64,000 nt of DNA from the NCBI GenBank assembly GCA_965285935.1, contig OZ260667.1, positions 23,188,001-23,252,000 of the forward strand, in the 5' to 3' direction. The DNA is from Ophelia neglecta (Eukaryota). Positions within the stretch are counted from its first letter, which is position 1. Each line of letters starts with the position of its first letter. A model generated the notes under the pieces. It searched no databases. It was given only the letters and a program-made list of their open reading frames with translations, and was not told where the DNA came from. Shown piece by piece: positions 39,822-50,139 of the stretch. The position numbers were made by a program, and so were the translations under genes.

Positions 39822-42800
39822 TCATTGGAAACCGTCGTTAATGTACCCAGTTGGGAGCACACTTTTATCGGGAAAGAAACCCTTGGCTTTGAGTTCTATG
39901 TCTCTTGGATCAATGAGATTGTCTATTGACGGAATACGGACTCCTAGACCAACTCCTATTGGCTTACTTTCCTCTAGAACACGTGAAAACGTACCATACA
40001 TCAATGCCCGGTGAAAATGACACTCACCTCGAGCTCTGACCATGCCTTTCTTATAACGAACATGCATCTATCAGCCTTGACCAAATCTACAATTTACCTT
40101 CTAGGAACCCTTTTGGAATGTGAAAGTTTCGCATTTTTTGCTGGTTACGTTCTCCGCTTGTTCCCTTGCTACCCCTACCTTGTAATTGCGGTCAGGCCTT
40201 AAACCCTTCACCCGACTGGCCTCTCTTGCAGATCATTCGGAGATGTTCATGCATATCCTTGAAAATGGAAGAAAACATGCACAAAAACACGAAGACATTG
40301 AAAGCACACAAATTCTCTAGTGTACCAAGCCATGCACATTCAGCACAATCCAAATTCAGACAGAAAGAGTGGATCATATCTTCACATGCCGGCACATGGT
40401 TAAGGGCTAAAAAGGATGCAACAGCTTTGCAGATTCTACCCTGCCCACAGACGAACATCGAATATTTGCTAGCTAAGCAACCTACATCTAACACAATATT
40501 ACCAGTTTCACATTGGATGGTTACATAGCATTTCGCCCCTCATATTCACTGTCAAAGGAGGGATTGACCTCATACCGACCACTGACGACGGAGAGCGCAT
40601 GCTCAGAGGACACACGACGCTTACCTTGATGGAGAGAGAACCGGACATGCGTTTAAGGTTAGTTGACGGAAGCAGGTGTTACCAAATGGGAAACAGGAGA
40701 GCCTTTTGAAGTTAAGCTTCAAATAACAGTCTATATGTTGTGTAAACAAATTATAAAACAGGGCACAGCCTAGACATATATCAAAACAAAACACCGAACC
40801 ATAGGAATTTCGGTAAAACGATGATTTGTATTGGATTCTACTAGCATCGAGAGTTACTTCTTACAGTCATATGCCAAAATCGGGGTGTTCCAACTAACAA
40901 AGTAAGGAGATGGATCATATTTCGACCACACCGATTTCTGCTGGGTAGATAATGGACTATATCTGATCTGTTTAGTCGCTGTACATGTATTATGTATTCA
41001 ATTAAAGCACATGCGAAAAAGAGTATTTTATAACCAACCCAAAAATATGCACATGGAAGGGTAAAGATTTGAAAGATTGAAAAAAAGCATTTATGTTAGC
41101 ATAAAACAAATGATAATATTCACCAGATATATGCAATTAATGTCTGAAGTATACTGACTTACAGGAAATTAAATGTAATAAAGGCACTGCATAAATTTAT
41201 AGACATAAAACACTATATACATGACGAAATACAGAGCCACACAAAACAATCATGGGCCGTGACATAATTTACCTTGTTGAGGCCTTTCTGGGCCCCTTCT
41301 GTTGGGTACTGAATAAGCCACCTCTCCGTCTACACTATTAGTTGATGGCCCTCTGGAGGGATTTGCTTTGGGTGTCGTCATTAGTGCCATTTTGGGAACG
41401 AACACGAAAACAAGCACAACCGAAGCATTGATAGTTATGCCTACGCAAATGGCGGGATTTTGATAAATTGGACCGGCCAACATATACGCGCAAATCCAAC
41501 AGACTAAGATGATTATTGTTAGGAATGAAGTCATAGCTATGTACACCGCCTCTCTGTGAGTTTCTAGTGAATTGACAGATTTCAACGAGATTATGAGCGT
41601 CAGCAGCACCAAGAGGAACACATAAACTAATGACGTCACCAATGCGTTTTGTGTGTATGCGCAACGCCAGTTTATTGCGTATATTGGGTATTCGCCCTCT
41701 TCTTTGATATTGGTAAGGTACCAACGAACATCTGCTGGTTCTAGAATTAACCACTCGATCGAGATTATAAGTTGTATAAATATTAAAAGGAAGGCGAGGC
41801 AACACTGACTCGGACCCCCTATAAACGGAACTCTTCCACCCAAGCTCGCCCTGTTTGTCATTCGGTTTATACGAACTACTTTTATCAGGAGGCATGCGAA
41901 GACGACAGCGTAGAACGTTGCTAGGCCCAGCCTCCGGATACCACAGGTAGCATATGTGGACGAAATCATGAATGGGAAAATGAGCAAGTAGAGCAGGATG
42001 ATTCCAATGAGGAGCATGACGCTTAGGCTGCATGTGGCGGCCTCCACTACTGGATGTTTAAAGTTGAAAAGGAAGAACATCATGATGACGATAGCGAATA
42101 TGATTCCGAGAAGAGCTATTGTTAACACGATCACTCCCCAGACCTCACGATGGGCGGCCATTTCAACAGGAACGTTCTCTTTGTCCAGCAATGGCTAAAA
42201 CAAACATGAAACCTAAGTCACCAACTATTCTATTTGTAAGTGTAAAAGCAATTGCCTGTTGAACATTCTAATGCAAAATTCTGTTAATATCCAGTTTAGG
42301 AATGTCAATAGCTGTTAAATGTACAGGAAACTTATAATAGCTTAATACTCTTTCAGTTTCTCATGGGTATTCGTATATTACCTAACTTCCCACTATATCC
42401 GAAGTTCAAAATTTGACAAAACGTTTTGGATTCAACCGTTTGAGAAAGCATGAATTAGAGTATAGTTTAAATAGCATACCTGGCGTTGTGAACAGTTACA
42501 AGTACCCGGACACACTGATACGGGAAAGGCTAGCTTTCCGTCGCTGTTGTACATGCGCACTGATGACCTGTTTAGCTGTAGCCGCCCTGCATCCCAACGC
42601 CCAATCTGTAGTCAGATAAAAAGTTGCTACAGTCACAAGAGGGAGTACAATTTATGTTACCCCTCTGATTTATCGATGTTTGAATGATATATGTACAATA
42701 GGTTTTCAGAAAAACGGTGGCTGATTATAATTTAAGCATGCCTTTAAGCAAGTTGCTTGTAAACATATCATTGTAAGACGGATAGCCATTTACCAAAAAC

Positions 42801-45800
42801 GTATGTCACGTTGTATTCGATAACTAGATAATCGGACTAAACCATGTTCACGTGATTTGTATTAGTCTCTTCGTTATCAATGTGTTTACCTGCACAAAGC
42901 TTGTTGCGCCTTCCTTGATCTGAACATTAAAGATTCGAAATCTTCCAGGTCCACTTCCCTCCGGGCTGTATGAAAAATACATGCCGTCTGCTCCAGTCTG
43001 CACCCGTGCGTCCTTGATAAATTCCAATGTCATGTCTGCTTCATCTAAGCCTAAGGCATACATAAGACAGTTTAACTTAATAATAGGGGCATTTTTCTTT
43101 ACCTGCGCCCAATTTATATTCGGTAAAAAGTCATTCAGGACATTGCTTTGAACTGTTCAACATTTACTCAAAGGGCGATTGTTTCGCCCAAGCCTTTATC
43201 AACAGTGAAGGAAATCAGACGCATTCAAATCATTTTGTATTGCTAGTGATATACGAAACAAAACCTTTGGACAGAAAATGATTGTAGAAAAGATCCACTG
43301 TAGTTTCTTTTCTTACCAATGACTGCTATCAGATCATCAATGTTACACATATTTTTTTCTTGTTGAAAACTATAAACCACTACATACCCATCATACTGGG
43401 ACATGGTGGCAAGGTGAAAGCCCCGCAAAGTTGATCGAACATGTTCGTAAGTCCTTGGGCGTAGGAATACACAGCGTTGATTGTACTGATCACTGATTGG
43501 CGGTCACTAAACACGGCGTCTTTAAGACTTTCCTTGCCAGTGCAAGGGCGAGTGTAGCCACCATTGTAATCCACATTGCATTGGAAGTGGGTCTGCCAAA
43601 ATTCACGAAACCATGGGTTGTTTGGATCGCTCAACAAATTTTGTTTCTGCATGAAGGCATCGAATTTCGGGTTCGATGTTACGTCTGGAGCTACTAATAA
43701 AGCTCCTTTCAGCACATCCAAATATGGATTAATTTTTTCCCGCTCATGTGCCCACGTGTCAAACCCAAGCCAAACAAGGCGACCGACCACATCCTTGTGA
43801 GTTGCCACCTGCAGACGCCGAAGAACAACACTTGTTCAGAATTATTTAAATCAATGGAAGAATATATCTAAATTCAATTAGATGCCAACACCACATGAGA
43901 TGGCTTTATGTTGTGGCTTTTTCTTCGACCTTCGAAATAAATCGAAGTAACTAACCTGCAATAAATGACCAATGCCCTGTGGGTCAGCGAGTAATACCAC
44001 TCCTATCGCGCCTTTGGTCTGCAGAAGTGTATCAATCACGTCTTTATATTGGTCAGGCCCGCTCGGCGTCTCATTGATGGATAATGATACGGCAATACAA
44101 ACACCACTGTCCTCCAGTGCTGATCTTATAATACACAATGTTAGGTGTTTACTTATATGACATATGCTTATAACAAACGACATGCATGGGTGATATATAA
44201 TTTTATAACATAGTATCCCCCTTAATTGACACTACATATATACCGAAGGAGAGGTTCCATCATTCGAGCACGTTTGCTGTCAGATACCACTAGCGACAAA
44301 TAGGTCCATCCCAAGGCTTTTACTGCCGCCACCAGACAGCGTGCCTCTGTGTCTTCTGCTGCAGCCGTGCGCAGAAGAAATGGGTACTTTTTAACATCCA
44401 TGGTGCGGGATCCTGGAGTTACCTGATAATAAAAAACATCAAATTGATGCAATGCAAACTCGATACTGGGACTACATTTTTTTGCTATTGAATCAATGAA
44501 GGATAATCGAGTAGTTTGCTGGTATTATCCCCCTGGCAGGATAATATTTGAATTACCTGCACCCATCGTCGTCCACGATAGTTCATTTTGTTAAGGTCAC
44601 TGGTAGTGTCACTCTCATATCCACCAATGAACGCCTGGACATAGGTCAAACGAGGAACTTGAGGACGCTGAGAAAATAAGCGTAGTTGGTCTCGTGATGC
44701 TGCAAAAACTGTTTGCGCCTGCTTTGTGTCTGAACAAGTGTCAAAAGCCATATAACCAAGTCGTAGCTCCGGCAGTAGAGCGGTGCTGTTGTTGACTTGG
44801 TCGATGGCATACTTGAAAGCCATAAAGTCAAGAAAACCCATATCGCTGCGATATTGTGCACATAGGGAGCCCGATTCACTTTGCTGATGAATGGGGAAGA
44901 AACCCATGAGGGTAAGCTGTTCGTATTGTAGTTGGAATTTGAGATCGGCGATGGTCATGTTAGTACATAAACAGTCAACACACTGGGAAGAGACCTGCGT
45001 ACTCGGAATGGGGTCACCTGACGAGTCCAGGAATGCATACAGGTCCTTCACCCGCAAAAGTAGGATTTCCTTCACCCATGTCCCTACCTATAGAAAAAAT
45101 GCTCACTTCATTGTTTATTCCCGGAAAGTTTGTTCCCAAGATACTGCATACTATTTTTTACTGAAAACGATGGCTGTCCTCAGTCACGATCGATATTATT
45201 ATAGCATAAAGGCAAATCAAAGCATATTGCATATTTGTGCAATGGAAGCAGGGATCGAATATACTTGTTAAATCAGATGTGTGATTTTTGTCCAGACCAA
45301 CTCACCAGAGTGTATTTGAGCTTGAAAGTTTTGTCTCTGCGGAAATTGTACACATTATAACGAGGAATGCCATTTCCCAGAACATCGAATGTAACATTGA
45401 GACCCGTAATACTGTTATGGAAGTCAGATATCTCCATATAGTCGTATAAAGATACCATATTATGCTGTGCCTCGCTGCAGATTGGAAAGGTGATCTCCTG
45501 GCAGTAATCTACACAAGGGTGAAATATACCACGGTAATATATCACGGTTTCTAAACATCCCAGAAAATGAGATAAAAACCAATAAGGTGATGTTGCGACG
45601 TGCTTAATTATTTACTATTAGTACTAGTGACCCCTAGGCCATGGGGGGCGTCAAACCAGTCAGACCAAAGTTACCTATTATCATGTTATGGAGGGCTACC
45701 ACAGCAGCATAGACAGCGTCGATGACGTAAGGGACCTGATCGGCCATTTTGATGTCTTGGGTTTGTAGTGAAAGTCTTTGTCCCGGAGCTTGTTGGCATC

Positions 45801-48800
45801 TGGTGATAGATAAGATGACAGTATTAAATAGAAAAGCGCATACATTTTGTATTTTTGTTATCGATATACGCACAAACATCTAAAACAGTTTCAGTCGAGG
45901 AGCTTGGTTCCGGAAACCTACGGGTTTGGATATTCCTGACGTAGCGCGTTGTCAATATGACATTCGAAATGACGCTGCCAGTATTCAGCAAACCAGGGAT
46001 TGCGTCGTGTGTCCTGAGGATGAATATTCCGAAAGTAGGTCATAAAGGGTTTCACTTCCTCCGCATAGAAGCCTAGCGTAATGGCACCCTCGGCAACATT
46101 TTCAATGTCTTTGACTACCTAAAAAAAAGCCATATTTTTTCAGAACGTATATTTGTGGTGCAGGGCCATAACTCTCATTTACTTTCCCTGATTCTTACCT
46201 GTGCCCTTGAACCCCAATAATCCGAGGCTACCCACACAATGCTGTTTGTTCTTCCTGCTAGGGTACGTTTCATGGCTGCCAGAAGTTCCCTAGCGTCTGT
46301 GTCTGTCGTAAGTAGAACGACAACACTGGCATTTTGAAGTCCTCTGATTAGGTAATACTTAGCTACATTGTTCATTGCCTCTCGATCCCGGGCAAAATAG
46401 TCCTCTAGGGGAACCTAAGGCGGAATAATAGGTAAATCCAACTAACAAAAGCATTAAGAAGGTTTTATTATTGATAACTTTACATTTATAAAACAAATGA
46501 GACCACGCGTTATTTTTTTTATTGCGAAATGTATATAACTATAATATCTAATTATATATAAAATTGTTACCTGAGTAGAGACACAAATTTTTTCTTCTTC
46601 AGCGACGGTCATGAATTCTCTGAAGGCCGCCTTGCCATATACATTATTTGAGTAAACCGCGGCAACGGTTCGCCAATTATACTGAATCAAAATATCAACG
46701 ATAGCACGTGCCTGCGCACTGTCACTTCCAACCGTTCGAAGGAAATAGGGGTATTTCTTTCTGTCCGACAGTTCAGCATTAGTTGCTCCATAACTCACTT
46801 GTGGAATCTAGAAATACAACAAAACTCACTTCTATCACAGCAGGTATTGACGCAAAGTCTATACAAGGAAGATATTATTCAGGACTGTTAATTGCTTTGC
46901 ACATTAAATCTTTGGGGTTTGTCAATGTATATATTAACCTTGTGGCTTGTGAGGAGCTCAGCTAGGGCCATGGTGACGTCACTACTAGCTCCACCAATGA
47001 CAACGTTCGGAGACATGGGTTTCCTATTCTGGTCAGCAATGATCATTTCCTTGTTAAGAATTTCCTTTACTTGTCTAGCAGCTCTTGCAGGATTCCTGCA
47101 ACTGTCCAGAGCAACGCCAGTCAACTTGATTCCGGGAAGGATAGCCGAGTCTAGATTGATTTGATCTATAGCAAAGTAGAATGCTTCCAATGCCTGAATA
47201 GCATTAGAGTCGATATCGGTAAAGTCGCACTCTTTACCGAAAGCACCCGAACTGTGAATATCAAATATTCCAGGTATCATGATATCTCCAGGCAAGTCCA
47301 TTCCGTAACTGAAATATGTAGATCAATTGCTGTGAAATGTGATGACATAAGAAGTTGTCTGGAGACGTTAGAAAACGTACATTTCTTGTAATTCCTTTAC
47401 CTATTGTCAAACTTGCTGTTGGCGCAGGAACAAACCACATTACATTGTGAGGGAGGAACGATGTTCAGTGGAATGCCCTCCCTATCATAAAACGTGATGG
47501 GACTCTGGCCAGTCAGATCCAAGCCATTGGTGCTTGTCCATTTACCAACCTATGAAACAACATAACATGTATTAATATGTTGCCTTGCTTATGGTAAACT
47601 GTTCATAACTTTTCACCTATCAGATCGTAGTACATATATATTTATTGGGACAGCTTGATAATAATTCACCTGTTTCATAAGGTACGATGTCCCATCCATC
47701 TGTACATTCATGATAGCATACTTTGCTGTCTCAAGATCCCCATTCGCACCAAAAGAAATAAATTCCTGTTTAATAAAGAAAAACCGGCTTTTGATAGTCA
47801 GCTGCGCAATGTTAATAAAGGGAAAATTAACTAATATAAACAATAACGAATAAGTACATAAAGTATAATTGTAGTTTGATTGCCTGATCTTTGGTGACGA
47901 ACTCTGTCTGTTTCATATAGCTAACGAGTTCCTGCGCAGTGACAGCTCCCAGTGCATTGCAGGTGCCGGAAGTTCCTGCCTTACATAAATTGTAATGAGC
48001 ACTTTTCATGGCATATCCATAAGCCTCTACCGCCGCTATCACTTGAGATACTTCGATTCCCTGTTTATAATGCTGAGCATGATCAGTCTTTGATCCAGTA
48101 GTACATGTTTGGTACAAAGTACAGTTATTGACTTGTTCCCAATAATCAGGAAACCATGGATTCCTCTGATAACTGAAGGGGTCTAGGCTAAGAAAGTAGT
48201 TCCGGAACTCAGCCATATCCCCACTGTATTCCTCCACGGCGATAAGGCCACGAATGAACTGAGAAACGTTTGGTGATTCATATTTCCAGCTGTCCCGAAA
48301 TGGATGTGCAAGTAACCATTGTAAGTCGGCTATTTTTTCATAACGGGAAGAATAGAAGTCTAGCGTCCGAAAAAGGTTTTCTGTGATGCCTGGTAAAGTC
48401 AACAGGATCACCCCACGGACACCTGCGAGAGAGAGTTAAAACCAGCCTTCACAAAGAAGGAATTTTGTTTTCAGATGGTACTGTATTATTAAACAATATA
48501 AAATGGTATTTTTAAACACTCCAACAACTAAGGCACACTGATATATTTGTGGTTTACCTGTGTTATGTACTTCCACGAGTTCTGCTACCGTCTTGTCGTA
48601 AAAAGACCCGGCCATGTCTATTTTGATGACCGGGGTAAGGCAGATATCTTCTCCGCCCGCCAATCGGTGTAATTCTGATAAAAGATCTGCAGCGTCCGGG
48701 TCATCGCCGGCAACCACTGCTACATCGTACCAGCCAAGCTCCCGTAGAATGTCTATCAATACCTACAATATAATAACACATATAATGATAATTGAAGATT

Positions 48801-50139
48801 GGATGCGTGCCGGCTATAGAACTTTTCATCACTTTACGGCAGCCGATGATGTAAATTCCTTCTGGTACGAAAGGCTAGAAAAAGAATTTGTTGTTGTTTA
48901 TTTATTCCTCTTGTTTATCGATGTATAGCTTATAGATAAAATTTAGTGCTAACCCTGGCAATGATCTTCCCTTCTGGTATTGTCCTTAAGAGGTACGGAT
49001 ATGTCTCCTTGTCACTGAGGTCAGATACACGCGCGCTGTAGATAATTTGCGTCACATGAGCAGAACTAAACAAAGAAGCAACCTTTAAAGCTTCTTCGCT
49101 GTAGTATGGTCCAACAGAACCTACAATAACAATGCGGTGTTATGATTATATGTACATTTGAAGCTAAACTAGCCGTCAAACTAAACCAAGCCTCATAAAC
49201 CGTGTTTGGTGTGTTAGACCAATAAAATAATTGTCATTGTCATTGTTAAAAAACAGAATAAATTAATCGCTGGAGTAACCTACCGACAAAGGCCGGCCAG
49301 TAGTTACATTGGTTGTTCTGCCCGGCTTGTGATGCTTCTCGTCTTGCGAGGTAGTTCAGAGCCCTTTTCCCAGCTACTTCGCTACGTCCACAAGTGTCGT
49401 ATACCAGGGCCCCTGGTAAATAACATTAAATCACTTAAACTGTAAAAAGGACCTTAGGGAGGGGCAGGGGATTTACAACCTTTTTCCAGGAATATTTCAA
49501 CGTTATTACTATGAACGTCATCTCTCTTATGAGCTATATATGAGCATACTGTGGTTCTTTTGATATATAAATGTAAAATGATCGAAAAAACTGGTTAAAT
49601 TTGGTTGAGTTTTGGTTAAATTTGACAAACATCAATGAATTTGACAAAATTAATATCAACAACATATGCAGTCTCGCGTTAAGACCGTCAAACTTTCTAA
49701 ATATCAGTGTTTAAAGAAAATATATAATTGAACACTAATTCTGGTGTAGAATATATATTCGTTAATGTATGTAGGGGGTTAGGGGACACTATGGAGCATG
49801 GTGTAAATAAGTTGTTTTAAATTCTTTTTACGATAATAATATATCTTCAATTATATATAAAGTGTAGACGAGGTTATTACCAAAAGTGACTCCCGGGACA
49901 AAGTCCAATGCATTGAGATTGTCAATGGTAAAAAGAAAGGCCTCCATCCTCTGTATGGCGTCCGGGTTGATAGTTGACCCACACTCCTGGCCAAGCGGCC
50001 CCGGTTCATGTATGTTAAAAAATCCTCCTAGCACCAGATTACCGGGTACATTTACAAATGGGGCTTGAGGGCATGACTGGGAATAAGTTAGGCTGGGTAA
50101 ATATAGGAACAGGACCAGAAAAGGCATAGCAGCTGACAT
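39822..50139 (-). CDS. Class C (metabotropic glutamate receptor-like) GPCR with three tandem VFT/ANF_receptor domains and one 7TM, about 1850 aa
   Basis: Phase-consistent exons (minus strand): 50139-49881, 49412-49284, 49120-48954, 48762-48558, 48422-47884, 47765-47670, 47549-47401, 47308-46939, 46807-46571, 46414-46199, 46118-45922, 45799-45675, 45508-45306, 45087-44557, 44422-44244, 44124-43956, 43808-43388, 43050-42890, 42605-42480, 42194-41273, 39973-39822 (5553 nt). One signal peptide (MSAAMPFLVLFLYLPSLTYS). The class C motifs G.F.IH, AF..ID..N, D[TS]C, YP..LRT, GW/NW, NPWF..W and G.W each occur three times. The terminal exon choice is uncertain. Confidence 0.9.
41273..42194 (-). other. 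Class C 7TM domain (7tm_3) exon
   Basis: Seven hydrophobic segments with class C motifs: PVVEA, CGIRR, LLIKVVRINR, REAVYIAMT, FVPKM. Confidence 0.92.
42480..44964 (-). other. GPCR VFT domain 3 and 3-Cys linker (SVCPGTCNC)
   Basis: LMGFFPIH, AFKYAIDQVN, FDTC, FIGGYES, KYPFLLRT, LGWTY, NPWFREFW, INAVYSYA, IGRW. Confidence 0.85.
44965..47308 (-). other. GPCR VFT domain 2 and 3-Cys linker (SQCVDCLC)
   Basis: PGDIMIPGIFDIH, EAFYFAIDQIN, LDSC, IGGASS, IPQVSYGAT, LSDRKKYPYFLRT, YG, ASDYWG, RNPWFAEYW, VIDAVYA, VGTW. Confidence 0.9.
47401..50139 (-). other. GPCR signal peptide, VFT domain 1 and 3-Cys linker (SQCNVVCSC)
   Basis: PGNLVLGGFFNIH, IQRMEAF, YDTC, GPYYS, LSDKETYPYLLRT, RNPWFPDYW, FGANGD, VGKW. 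Confidence 0.85.

Noticed and set aside
41338-42033. 231-aa alternative-frame ORF inside the 7TM exon
   Set aside because: It has no recognisable motifs or splice support and is most likely a by-product of codon usage.
42480-50139. Three separate tandem mGluR-like genes or an assembly duplication
   Set aside because: There is only one signal peptide and one 7TM, the VFT2/3 junction is within one exon, all intron phases fit, and the units are highly diverged.
39822-50139. Assigning a GRM gene symbol
   Set aside because: The architecture and ligand residues differ from true mGluRs, and orthology cannot be established without a phylogeny.
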